NCBI GenBank assembly: GCA_023231475.1
Contig: JALJEE010002733.1
Coordinates: forward strand, 62,001 to 126,000
DNA: 64,000 nucleotides
From: Seison nebaliae
Lineage: Eukaryota
Direction of reading: 5' to 3'
The notes under the pieces: generated by a model
The model's database searches: none
Told to the model about the DNA's origin: nothing
Seen by the model: only the letters and a program-made list of their open reading frames with translations
Program-made: the position numbers and the translations under genes
Shown here: positions 1 through 13,613 of the stretch, one piece after another
How positions within the stretch are numbered: position 1 is the stretch's first letter
How the letters are laid out: every line of letters starts with the position of its first letter

Positions 1-560
1 GACGATACTTCGTCTTGCCTGAACATATTCGTACGCACTATTCAATGACATATGATAGAATTTCATTAGATACGCAATGCAAATAGTGGACGACCGGGAA
101 ATGCCCATAACACAATGAACCAAAGTCTTACCTCGAAGATTTTCAGGTGTCACAATTTCACCTGGTCGCTTACCAGCATTCCTTCCGATCATATCCGTCA
201 ACTTCTCGAAAAGTGTCGAAATATTTGCTTGCTCATTGTCATAAATGGCGAATTGATGGTAATCGACGCCCGACTCTGTCATAAAACAAATTTCATTAGA
301 TAATTCACTCCCCACCAAAAATATTCCACAACAATAACAATAATTGAAAATTAAAATAAGACAAAAAAATTCTAACGATGAGCTAATTCGGGTAAATTGA
401 CTTCTGTTGTTACATTGATGACTTGAGTGATACCTCTCTTCCTCAAATTGGCCAAAGTGACAGGTGGTGAACCGGAAAGATACAATTCATCTTTGATGAA
501 TGATATAATTTGCCTAACACGAATTATATTATCGGCATGTGCGAGAATCGAAGAATCCAT
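1..560 (-). CDS. Atypical dual-specificity protein phosphatase (DUSP14/18/21-like), 3' end outside window
   Basis: Exon1 560-377, intron 376-276 (GTTAG...GACAG), exon2 275-<1. The spliced frame is open: ELYLSGSP..ITQVINVT..AIYDNEQANIS..KTLVHCVMGISRSSTICIAYLMK..AYEYVQARRSIV. It contains the HCxxGxSRS catalytic loop and the AYLM motif. Confidence 0.92.
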
Positions 561-1707
561 TTAAATTAGTGTTCTTTTTTCGTAATATGTTTATCGATAT
601 AAAATTTTATAATGACTCCCCACCTGATAATTGGAATAAGTGATATTGGGATGAGTCACCGGAATTATTGTTAAAATTATTAGAAGAAAGCCGTTTGACA
701 AATGTTGGAATCATTCAACAGAACCACTGAAAATATAAAAATAAAAATTAATTTGTTCTTTCTATTTCTTCGAATTGTTTTCTATTTATAAAAATTGTTC
801 AAAAGAAAAATATCGGACATTAAACTCTGAAAGTAGTATTCAGTTCATTCTATTTCTATGATGATTATTTCTCGACAATTTAACTTCGTTTTTATTCTGA
901 CGAAAATGAACATAATTAACATCAACTTCATCAACAGTTGTACGATATTGTAATTGGTCGAAAGACAGACGAATTAATTAGATTACTAGACAATCAATTT
1001 CTCTTCCCATCATCATTACTCTCATCGTCATCCTTCTCTTTTTAGATCAACTAGAAATGTTCTCACAATTGTCAGTGAATTCTTAATTTTAATAATTACA
1101 GTATCTTTCGAAGTGTTTAGAATGAAATATGATAATCGGTCTGAACGCAATCCAAACAATTATCTTTTACATAAGAAGAAAGATTGATCGGAGTGAATGT
1201 AATTGGATTTTTGATGAGAGATTGATGACTATGATGATGATGATGATGAAGAAGAATATTGTCTTGTTGAGATAATAAGAATTTAGTATATATGTATTGA
1301 AATATGTGTTAGGTTAATTAGAAGAAAGAAGGAGAAAAAATCGAAGAAATTACTTCATTTACTGATGGCCTTTGGGATGGGAGTATTGTCGAGAGGAAAA
1401 ATGAAATAATTTCGAATTGTTTCGATAATTCTCCACGTTAAATCAAATCTTTTTCCTACCTAAATGTAAGAGATTGAAAGGAAATTGAAGGACATCCCCA
1501 ACCATGATGAGACAGGACGATGAGAAGATGAGATATGATGAAACATCATCTCTCCCACCAGCAACATTTTCGATGCGTCAACATTCTCAAATAAATCAAA
1601 TATTGGCTGCAATCTACAAATTTTATCACTGTTGTTAACAAATTCAATAAGAGAATGAAAGAAGTATTTACATCATTTAATCACCTTATCTCGAATGATG
1701 AGACAGA

Positions 1708-1734
1708 ATCATCATCATCATCATCATCATCATC
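1708..1734. repeat. (ATC)9 microsatellite
   Basis: Direct reading. Confidence 0.9.
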
Positions 1735-3220
1735 TTACCCATATGATATACTTATGAAGACGTTCAATCTAGTTGGAGGAAGAAGGATGACTCTAAAGTT
1801 TTATTAGGGACGAGAACTTGACGAAAGTACACATGCTACATCCAAAATTTCTTCACGTAAAAAGGGGAATAAAGATAATTGTGCTCTCTAAAAATTATTA
1901 TGTAACAAATCCCTCAATTTTCTGTAGTATATTCATACGTCTTCTAATTATCATTTATCATCACTTTATCTTTTTCTATGGAGACACATAAGCCTTCTCC
2001 TTATACCTATTTTATTGGATATTATTATTAGCACTTCATTTGATAAGTTTAAACGAAAAAAAAATTATCAACTTTCTCTTCATAGTCAACCTTCTCATAT
2101 TCCTATCATAAAATTATTCTTAATTACATATGCACTTACACCAATATATACACAAACACACATACATAGGAAGAGAAACGCCATATATTGAGACGAATAA
2201 ATAAAGCCTAACTGTAAGGTGGAAGACGGAGATATATAACTGAAATCTAACTTACTCACTTATACTTAATATTCCTTCTATCGACTGCTCATCCTATCTC
2301 AATATGAATCATACTCAGAGACGCATTACATAAAATTTAGTCGAAGAAAAAATCCTAATCAACTTAAACACCTAATTATTTATCGAATAGTTTCATAATG
2401 AATTGATGATTAAACATTGTTATAAATATTATATGATCATATTAATTATTAATCATGATAACTAAAATTTCAAATATCATTTCATCTAAAAAGAAAGATT
2501 GTTTTCGCAAAAGTTCGATAAAGATGATAAAAGAATAAATGAGAAATAGTAGATGATCAGTTAGTATTTCTCGAAAGCAACACATTTTCAAGAATGATGA
2601 AATTTTCTATGAGTTATTTAATTTCGCTTTTTTTTTCTTCAATAACTTCAATAATAACAAAAAATAAGTAGATGAATGATCTCGCCACTCATTGAGCACG
2701 ACTCATCTATTTCATATAAAACTAATGAGTTTCGAACATATGAAACTTTTCTGCCATTACATCAATTAAAGAAATTAAATGAATTCTTCCTCAACTTCAT
2801 TCACACACATCATCCCACATAACTAGTTATTGAATAATAATAATTGCATCATATTTAATCGATAAATAAACTTTCGTTTCAATTCTCCAAATAGACGAAA
2901 TAAATCTTGAGAATTTTTAATTCGCATTTAGTTTTGAGAGTTGATATGTAGAGGAATTAATGAAAACTCACAAGAAAATTTGAGAAATGGAAAAAGCGAT
3001 AAAATATTACATATACAACACACCTTATTCCTTTCTCCAACTGTCAATTATGTAATCGTATTTAGAATGAAAAAATTTATTTTCATCGAAATCAATATTA
3101 TCCTCATAATTACTATCGTTTTATTTATAAAGTGATATGAGTTAATGAATAACAAGATTAAGAAGAAGAGTTTATTAAATTTTAGAAGAATCGTACGATT
3201 TTATTATTATTTCTCAATAA

Positions 3221-3813
3221 TTACTTATGATAAATATAAATGGCGACACCAGTTAATAGAATAGTCGTGAGAACTGTTCCCATAAGAATATTGGACCAAG
3301 TTGGAGAAAGTTGGAATTTTGATTTGTTATCGAACGCTTGTTGCTTCTCTTTAATTTCTAACACTTTCTTTCTTATCCTCTCATGTTTCTCACGACGTAA
3401 TCTCACCTTGTCACATAATGGTTTTTCAGCGTTTTCCAATTCAATAACATTCGTCATTGGCTTCTTTGTTAACCATTGATCTTCATCCGTCTCTCCTCTA
3501 CAAGCCATATGTCAAACGAAGAGATTAATCTAATTGATAATTATCTTATCGATCCTTTCCTTTCCACTAACGCTACCAACACACACCATCGATGAAATTA
3601 TCCAATAAAACCGAAATCTCAAATCGAAATGAATCTCATCGACACCGATAATTTGATGATAGTGTTTTTAGCTTATTCTTCAAACAAAAAATAAAATAAA
3701 GTTAATTTTTTATTCGTTCTCTTCATTTCATCAAATCATATTAAATCTTTCATCATCGAAGGGTAAACTTCAATTTCTTTCAACTCTAAATTTTCTCTAA
3801 ACTCTCTAGTCAT
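3221..3813 (-). CDS. Small tail-anchored coiled-coil membrane protein (~117 aa), unknown family
   Basis: ORF 3508-3221 has a charged helical segment and a C-terminal hydrophobic helix (ILMGTVLTTILLTGVAIYIY-HK*). A phase-consistent model 3813-3769, 3677-3646, 3497-3221 gives MTREFRENLELKEIENKLKTLSSNYRGETDEDQW... The 5' exons are uncertain. Confidence 0.55.
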
Positions 3814-4243
3814 TTCAAATTTCTTTTATACAAATTTCATATACGATTTATGATTCATCTAAAATTTTTTAAAACTTTCGATTGTTATTGTGCATTTGTA
3901 AAGTGCATAATCACCATTGTCAGTTACAAAAGTTTAGTTCGATTTAACAAAAGAGTCATTTCGTGTAGTTTATGTGGAGAATGATTAAACGGACAATTAA
4001 AACGTCGAAGAATTTTGAAACTGTATTCTTCTTATTTTCTTAGACTGTTTTTTTTTAGTTTTGCTATTCTGAGATAAACTGTGGATATAAAGAAAATCAT
4101 GATTTTCTGATGATTCTAATTATAATTTCTGATTTTAAACAATAATAATAATAATAATAATAATGATGGTTGATGGTTTTGTTATCTAATTGGAAAATAG
4201 AATAAGATTTAGCCAAATTGTTATAAAATAATTACTATGATGG

Positions 4244-4244
<1 letters not shown>

Positions 4245-4277
<33 letters not shown>
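4245..4277. repeat. (GAT)11 microsatellite
   Basis: Direct reading; an (AAT)n tract is nearby at about 4141-4163. Confidence 0.9.
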
Positions 4278-4280
<3 letters not shown>

Positions 4281-4395
4281 ATGCATCGGAGGAATATCGT
4301 TAATTTGATGAGATGGTGAAAGAAGGGAAACGTCATATTCGATTGACCGATTAAGATGTGTCATGAAGTGTTATTAATATTAATATAATTTAATA

Positions 4396-5750
4396 TTAAA
4401 TATAAATACATAATCTGAATGAAAGAAAAAGAAAGAAAATAATTTGAAATAATTTTAAGTCAATTAAATTTTCATTTATCGATCGATTTCTATTATTTGC
4501 TGTACAATGTAAATAATCGATATTGTTAGATAAATTAGTTCTCATATTTCGTTCAGATAGTAAGGAGTATTGATGGTCGATTGAATGATTGTGGGGTTGA
4601 ATGAAATAGGAGCGGAATATTTCATAACAAACTGAATAACATCTCCTTCCAAGAAACGTTTCTCGACGATACACCTCCAACATTCTTTCAATCTTCTCCA
4701 CTAAATGACGGCGATGTAGGACGGATGTGGTTGAGATTTCTTCTGAAATATTTCTCCAATGCCTCGAAGAGTTCTGAAGGATTTCCATGAAATTTTCAAT
4801 TGACGATAATTGATAATCGAATGGATCTAACGATGAAAATAAAAAGAAAAAATGGAGAAATGGAGAAGTGTTAACATTCACAAAAGAATAGAGGAACACC
4901 GCCGAACGTTTCTGATTCGATTGGATTCATATAAGGACAGACTGATTCAGTTGTGAAACAAAAATCTGTACACGCTTCAATATTTTCGATTTGATATCCT
5001 TCTTTTTCTCCGTCGTCTTCATCAGTCAATTCGTCTGTGTTTACTGTCTTCCCACCGATCTCATTTGGATTTGAGTGAAATTCATCATAATCTGAAATGT
5101 CATTCTCGTCACTCTTCGAAGTGAGAATGGAATAAGAATGAAATTGGGAACATATCCATAATTTATAAGAAATCTTTTAAAAGGAAGTTTGGAGAATGAA
5201 TGGAAGAAAGAAAGAATGGAACTTTGCATCTGTAACAAATGTCGTGGCGAGAAGTAGCGGTTTGATGACATGGCGGATAGTTATGATGGACGAAATTGTA
5301 GAATAAGGAATATGCTTGTTCGATCAATTCATAATTTCGCTGAAGTGTTTGAAGGATGCATTCGCGACAACGTAGACGATTAATGAAACAGTTGGGATGT
5401 GGAAATGTCAAATTAATTTTCGACGGTTCGTCATACAAGTGATGTGGTCTCTCTTTCAAATAAATTGAAAGGAGAAGATTCTCGTCGATTGGAAAGTTTC
5501 TACAATACGATCGTTCATCGGAAAAATCTTTAAGATTTTCTAGTAATTCATCATTCGTTTCCTCTTCAGGAATTGTGGCGACTGTATGAATTGTTTGGAA
5601 TATGTTGCACATATTATCCACTGCCGTCATCACATCAGTTGTTACGTAATTGATTTGAATGAGGAAAATGATGAGATTGTAGTAGAATGTGAGAAATGAT
5701 TGTGATAAGATTACCGCTAAAAATTCACGTGATGCACGATTCGGCTGCAT
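4396..5750 (-). CDS. NALCN channel auxiliary factor (FAM155/NALF/NLF-1, Mid1-like Cys-rich domain), ~418 aa
   Basis: Exons 5750-5223, 5173-4876 and 4826-4396 with two 49-nt GTT..AG introns. The spliced protein has CRECI..AYSLF, CYRCK|ISYKLWICS and ACTDFCFTTESVCPYMNP..FGGVPLFFC, matching the FAM155 motifs CKxxYKxWLCS and PCxxxCxxVxxxCPF..YGGxxxFxC. Both termini are hydrophobic. The start codon is uncertain. Confidence 0.85.
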
Positions 5751-8700
5751 CAGCGAAATTATATTGAATGCAACGAATCATTGATCACCGGAAATCAATT
5801 TGATCTTATCTCGTCTGTCCACTTACTGACAAGTGAAATGAATTATGAATGAATTGTTATTGGCGGAACTTTCTCGAAGATGATGTCGAAGTTTCATAAT
5901 TCTGATATTGATCAAAATTCCAAAATGGCACTATCTAAACAAAGGAGAATTATCATTCCTTCAAGAACATACACAGAGAGGCAGAGAAAGAGAGAGAGGA
6001 AATTTAGATAATTGGAAATTATAGAGCGGAATTATTCTGAAAAGAAAATTGAAAGGAATCGTTGACATCTGGATGGATATCGATACAATGATAGGTAAAT
6101 TTCAACTTTTCTGTTGTAGGACAGTAAAGAAAGAAGATTACGATCTCTTCATTCATTTATTTAGACTGATGATCTATAAATGTCGATTAGGAAGGAAGAA
6201 GAAAGAAGACGAGAAAATGAAAGAAGACGACGAGAGCGAACAAAGAAAACCTAATAATTCGATATAAGATAGAAAGAAGATTTTTCACATGAAATGCTTC
6301 ATTCACTGTCAGTTTTACATCCGACAATTTATTAAAAGTAATATCGATGCATGTTCTCGTATTAGGAGATATGAAAGTGAATCGAACGATGGCAAATGAG
6401 ACAATCTCACACTCCCAAATGGAATGGTAATAATGGTGAAGGAGAAACTAAAGAAAAATGAAATTGAGACCGTCGTATATTGGAGATGAACAATTCTTAT
6501 CACATGCAAGTCAATAATATTATTGTTCTCCTTCTTGTTCTTGTTGTTCCTCTTCTTCAATTCTGTTATTACTGTTGTTGATAATGATGATGATGATGAT
6601 GAGGATGATAAGAATACTGTGATCCACTTACGGAGACAATGATGGGAAAGTTAATGCAAATCGAGTCGATGACATTTGGAAATGAGTGACAACGGAAATT
6701 CTTATTTATTCGAGCGAATGAAAGTCGAACTATACAGAATAGAAGAAATCTATTAAAGTGTTTTGACTTTGATCCTAAACATTCATTTAACAACTCATTG
6801 CGTCGTATCGTGTCGTGCCATAACTGCTAAATGAGAATAGTACTACTTGAACTAAATTACTGTTAGTCGAATGCATTCCATCATCAATCGTTTCATGATT
6901 CATTTCCTTTTACATATTCTCTACTTGGCTGAAATGGGACCTATCTGTCTATGCCATTGGTTCTCCACTTAGTTGTCAATTCGTTTTTTTTTCTACCAAA
7001 CAATCCATTCTCCATTATACCATTTATTTATTATTAATATCTGTCCTTCTCTCCTTCCAAACAATCACGACAATCGTAAGAACAATGATAATAAAATTAA
7101 CATTATTATCAATTAATTTCAGATAATTCTCCTTAATCATCTTATTTTCTCCCATCAATACAAATATATATCCTTACATCCGATTATATAATGCTCCACA
7201 ACCATTTCAGTATCTTCATATTCTTCTTTACATGTTCCTATTAGTTCATTCCGCTTATTCTCTACATGTTTTTCTCATGAAATAATTATTTAAGAATTTC
7301 CTTTCTGGCCAGAACTATCATTCGATAATCAGTGGGCAATCATCTGCCTCCTGACTTTCCCTATTTCTCTTTCAAACTTTCAACATTGCCTTTCTCGTCT
7401 TATGTGGAAAAGAAGGCAATTCAAAAAGACACAAAACAATTTGAGGACAACCGACGGGAATCTACCCGCAACCTGGTTTTCTGTTCGATTAGAAATTCTT
7501 ATTTTCTTTTCAATCTTTTATTTGAAGAACGATGTCAATGATAATTACTAATTTCTTCTTTTTTCTAAATATTCTCAAAAAATATCAATTTTGGATAGTT
7601 TAAAGAATATTAATTCCAAAAGTTACTTCGTTTATTGAAATTTATCCTTCGTTCGAATCGGGAAACCGGATTTATCCTAATCGGTTTCCATCCGAATATT
7701 TCATTCAAATTCTTCTTTCGAAAGAACAACTCTATGTATTTACCTCATTATATCGAGAAAATATCGTTATATTAACATTATATCGAGAAATTCATAATCA
7801 TCATCTTTTACTTAAGTTTAGATGGTCCAGATATACAAATGAAGTACAGTTGAAAGATGTAGAATATGATCTATATGTCGATATGTCTCCATTTGATAGT
7901 TGGAGCTTGTTCGAAAAGTTTTTTAGATATTTCGTAAGATGGATGAAAAGATAAATGAATTATCTGACGAGTGTTGAATATGTGACGGTTAATGAATAGA
8001 AATGACGATGGTGATGAAGATGATTAAGAGGTAGAGAAATGAAATGTGACATAACTTCTTCATTTCTTTCTTTCGCCAATTCAAAGATTGGTCAGTTAGC
8101 CAATTCGGCTAACCGGAATGAGAATGATGGTAATGATGATCATTTCGATTTTTTTCAGCATCATCCTTTAACTTTTGAATATATTTCTCATTTCTCATTC
8201 AATGAGTCAATAAGGCAGTGATGCTAAATAAGAATTAATTGGAAGAAGATAAGAAGACTTCCAATATCTAGCGATAGAGATTTGGAAATAGTGGAATTTG
8301 GATGGAGGTAAATGAAGACGAATCATCGTCATCGACAATATAAATGTTCATTAATATGAATGGAATAAGGTCAAATGTACCAGAAGTGGAAAGGCGAATT
8401 ATTTTCGGAAGAGGAATGATGTGAATGAGTGGAGGGGGGAAATGAATGGATTACTAATTTCATTACATGGAACTATTTGTCGTTGAAACTATTTGCATTA
8501 GTGGAAGTTCGTTAACGAACCAGACTCACCAACTTCCAAATGAAATATGGAGAATTTATCGATGGATCAGTAATTAGTGAAATTTGAAGTGAAAAATTGT
8601 AAAATCTTCTTCTCATAGTCAGTAGCATCGTCATAAGGATGAAGATCATTCAACATATTTCTCTTTCGTACCGACAAATAATGGATCGCATAGACATAAG

Positions 8701-8864
8701 ATTGAAGATATAGATGACTTTATTTGCATGTAAAAGAAGCATGACACATTCGTTAATGCTCACTTCCATATTATTAGTAGTAAAATGAATCATATTGTTC
8801 ATTTGGTATTGCTGCATAAATGATGAATATCGGAATTTAATTAATACGACGAAATATCATATCA

Positions 8865-8960
8865 TGATCATGGATGATGAGATGATTATGATGATGACAA
8901 TGATAGTGATCATGATGATTATGATGATGATGATGATGATGAAGATGAAGATGAAGAAAT
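8865..8960. repeat. Degenerate (ATG)n low-complexity tract
   Basis: Direct reading; produces the spurious poly-Met ORF 8795-8986. Confidence 0.85.
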
Positions 8961-9336
8961 ATAATAATAATGAAATATTTTTCTAGAGTTCCATTTTCTA
9001 CATGAAATTTTGAGTGAATACAAATTTATTTCCTAATGAATATCTTGTTATTGAAAGGAATTTATTCAGGGAATGAATGACCATATTCCGAAAGGAAACT
9101 ATTTATGATGATCGATGATATAAAAGAGGAATATCATTTCATTCATTTATCCTGAATTTTATCCGGTTGACGATCAATGGGAATTCGATTAAATGAAATA
9201 TATTGTAGTCAAATAAAATTAATAATCTTAAGAAATTTGAAGAAAATGAACAAATATGCTCCAATAACATATTCCTACCACCCAATATGACAACAGACAG
9301 ATGGAGTACCAACCAGACCACTATACATTCTATCCA

Positions 9337-9402
9337 TACATACACACACACACACGCACATACACACACATATGCCCACATACATGCGCACACACGCACA
9401 CA
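9337..9402. repeat. Imperfect (CA)n microsatellite
   Basis: Direct reading. Confidence 0.85.
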
Positions 9403-12400
9403 TTTGACAAAGTAACAATAATCAGTTGTTAACGATCTTTTCGTCATATCTTCTTTCTTTTTTGTCATCTTCAATGTCCACTTCATCGAATTTTTCCTTT
9501 TGAAAATGTAGAAGAGATATTGGAAGAATTAGATCGATAGTATTAGAAGTTTATCAATTTTCACACATAAAACCATATCGATAATTAAGTCATTCTCAAC
9601 TATTCGTCAATTTTCAGCAAACATAAGAAAGACATTTGTGAGTAGAAGAATAATAATTAAATTGAAACTGATTTATTTGAAGCGTTGAATATGAGAGTAT
9701 TTAAATTGCATTCAGTTCATTTATATATTTCATTATCCGCTCACTAAACATGAGAAGTGAATCGAATATATTCCATTAAACATCACAACACGATATAATA
9801 GAGACCGTATTCAGGTTCTCACTTAGTATGTGAAAGCGGTTGTCTCTAACACAATCTTCTCACATGCTACAACAATAGTAACAACGTGAAGTGTCGCATT
9901 GGAGGAGAAGTGCATGGTGATGGTGATGAATTCTCCTCTCATCATAACATGAATTGTAAGTCGATGAAGATGAAGTGAAGATAATTGAATGAAGATGATT
10001 AATTATACTTCATTCATATGTTCCTTCTTTCATTTAGCCATTCATCAACTATTCATATCTCCGTAATCCAGTAATCATGAGATCGATTGGGAAGAAGCAG
10101 AAGAGATGATGACGAGGAAGAGATGACGAAGAAGAGATGACGAAGAATGAGCAAAAGAAAATGACGAATAATTGATAGGAATGTGAGAAGTACGATTCTT
10201 TGCTCACAATTCTCCCACATATCAACTCTCCGCCATTGCACATACATATGACGAGGCAATGCGTCTAGTAAAGTAAAGTAAATAAATAAATAATCGTCGA
10301 CATGCAGAGAGATTGAATAAAATTATAAAAATCTTCTTTTGATAATAAATTCGAATCATCAGCAAATTATTAATAAAGTAAATTAAAGTAATTATTCAGT
10401 TCTCCTTCCTTCTTATTGTCGCTAATAAGAACAATATTAAGAAGAACATTAAATTAATATTTAACAAACTCATGTCTTTACGACTCATTTCACTACATTT
10501 CATTTTAGATTTATCCTCAACTTACGTCGTAATTCCCTAATTCAGACAATGATCCGAGACGATTTCATTCGGAAACATTGGTAACATGACATAAGTACTC
10601 TAATATTAAGTTGACGAAAGATACGTATAAAGACAATTCTTAGAAAAGACGAATATATTAAAATATCATTATGATTATTGTAGCGATTGATGGTGAATGA
10701 GAATGAATGAATGAGGATAATCATCACAAATAACATCACTCACATCATAAAGTTTGTAGTATTTTGTTAAGTTTACTATTTTTAATACAAATCGACAATA
10801 TTATTCCTTCATCAACATTTACATTCGTCTCCAATTTATTAAAAGGGACATCAACGAATCATCAGGACTATCGTCATTATTATCATTCGCCGTTGATAAT
10901 GATGACGAGAAGATGATTAAACATTCAATGAATACATCTAAACAAACAATGCAAACATAATAAAAGGAACGAAAAGAATATAAAAAAGATTTTATATTTT
11001 ATTTATTCATCTTCTTCCATTCTCCCAGTTCTCTTATTCCTTCTCTTATTCATCTCATTCTTATCCATTATGATGAAAGCCCATTCTTTTCATATTTATC
11101 TTATGGTAATATCAAATACAATTTAACCAAAATATCCTGCCGTTCTCGAAGGACTTTCAGTTGAGAACAATTCAAATAACTATTCGATATAGAAAAAACA
11201 TCATAATTTATTAACCCCAATTTTCAATTATGAAACTATTAATATTTCAATAATTAAACTACCAAAGAATGGATAATAAAAGATAATCGGATAATAAACA
11301 ACAGTGTTATTGGAACCCACTGAAAATTGGAGGACTGTTACTAGAATTCGATAAAATTCAGAAATTCGATTTATAATTTTATGAGAGAAATTTTCGGAAA
11401 ATTTTATAATTAAACCAAAAATGGAAGTAAGTTCATTGGCTGTTATCATTAAATTGTTAAATTGGAAATTGTTTTAATTAAAATTTATTTGGACGACGAA
11501 TGAAATGTTGAAGCAAAAATAGATGAGAGGAAGGAAATACATTTTAAGTTTAAAGGGAGATTCATATCAACAAATAACGAACAAACTAATTTGTAGTGGA
11601 CAACATGTTTATGATATACATATGTAATAGTGTCTTAACATATAAAAATTGATGTTCTGTAACGTTGGAAGATAAGTAGGTGTTATTTGTTCATCAACCT
11701 CTATTTCAGTAATAAATAACTTCAAAATAACTGTAAAAAATGTGTCTCTAAAAGAAAAGAGAAAAGATATTTCTTCGTTCTATATTTGAACATGGGATAA
11801 TTTGGGATAATTCATATGGAGTTCAAACGCAAATGTGCCTTCCAATTTGCACGTTGATATAACGTAACAAACAAACTTTTTGTAGGGTAACCAGTAGATA
11901 CTTTGAATTTTAGTCGGTTCTTATTTGCTGTCTGACAACTATTGATATAGATGTCAATTGAAAAATAATAAATCTTCAAATAATTCTCATCAACATTATT
12001 GGGCGATAATGAATGTTTATAGGAATATTAAATCTATGAAATTATTAATTAAAATAAGTTTTATTATCCAATTTCTTGACGAGGAAAGGAGCGACTGAAT
12101 ACATTAGAACTACAATGAAAAATTTGGGAGAATAGATTCAATCTATAAGATTGGACTCCCGAGAATTCTTCGGGGGGGAAGTTCTAAGAAGGAATTACAA
12201 CTTTCCAACTGGAGAGATGGGAGGCAGTAGAGAAAAGTAGAAGAGTAATGAATTGACTCTAATTTCGTTCACACCATATTCGTTCGACTTTCATGCACAA
12301 ATATGTGAATTTGGAATGAACTTGTTGAATGAAGTGAGAAGAAAGTAGTCCTTCTTTTTCGACGATATCAGCGATGTGAATTGATCGAATGATACATTAT

Positions 12401-13440
12401 TATGATTTATAGATCTCTCAAAATTTCTCTAGTTATAAGAAGATATCAGTGAAATTTCTTTCTGCACTTATCAACTATTTGGTACATTATCGAAATTTTA
12501 ATAGTCTCGTTCATTTCGTTAGCAGTCCACGGAAGGAGGCCAAGTCCCAATGTCTTATCTTTGTATTATTAACATTGTATCGATGGCACATTAGGTTGGA
12601 AAAAGATGGAATTTAATCTATCCACTTCTCATTGTAGGAGATAAGATAAAAAATTTGCATCATGACCATTTGTTGCGTATGTAAATGGGAATGGTGAAAG
12701 AACTAGGAATTGGAAGGAATGTGAAGAAAGAAGGGAGAGAATGTGCGAAGAAAGATAATCGGATGCATCAACAATTTATTACTATCGGCTCCACATCGAC
12801 TTTATCGAAATTGTTAGACTAACAATTTCCTATTCATATTTGTGTAAAGGACAACGATTATTATGGTTATGATGATGGCGATGATGTTATTATAATTCTA
12901 TTCTTTCGATCATGCTAAAAAAAATTATTCTTTTATTCAATCATCATTCCCTCCTTCTTTCCCACTACTAAACTATTTCACAGATTTCATCCGAACAATC
13001 AATTATACCAATTATCTACACTAATCTAATTATCTCCTCAAATACATAATTCTCCAGCTGAATTGCCTCCTCTCCTGATTTCATTATCGACACCTCACTT
13101 TCAATATCCAACCTATCGTCCTCTTTAGACAATCTTCTCTAATCAATTCTCTTCTAACTCTTCTTTCTCTTCTAACACCACTCGTTCTCTATTCGATTGT
13201 CGTCGATCTTCTAACGAAAAACTAATGACGAAATTAACATAACTCTAACAATCAAACAAATATTTCTCTTCTGAAAATAATGATAATTAGGAACTACATG
13301 AAAATCTGACTCTTTATTTCTCCAAATTTATAAAATGTTATGAATTCGACGATAATTTGAAGAAAATGAGAAATTATGAAATTTATCATTTTATGATAAA
13401 AGTTAAATGTTGATAGAAAGACAATTTATTTCAAAATTAA

Positions 13441-13447
<7 letters not shown>

Positions 13448-13474
<27 letters not shown>
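13448..13474. repeat. (GA)n microsatellite just downstream of the PRP8 stop
   Basis: Direct reading. Confidence 0.9.
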
Positions 13475-13478
<4 letters not shown>

Positions 13479-13613
13479 CGACAAAAAACTTCGTATTTTA
13501 TTTAAGGAATTGTACGTTTTCTTTTTGGAAGGAGAGAGGAAGAAGAAACAAAAGAGAAATAAAAACAGAAATTAATCAAAAAATTTTCATTCATTATCAT
13601 TGATTGAATGATT

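Noticed and set aside
5821..5900. Upstream coding exon for the FAM155-like gene using the GTAAGT donor at 5826
   Set aside because: The ATG frame (MKLRHHLRE...) is out of phase with every nearby acceptor I tried and reaches a stop. It is at most a UTR exon or uORF.
7651..7660. tRNA T-loop/B-box (GTTCGAATC)
   Set aside because: No A-box, acceptor stem or cloverleaf in the flanks. I recognised no tRNA, rRNA, snRNA or SL RNA anywhere in the window.
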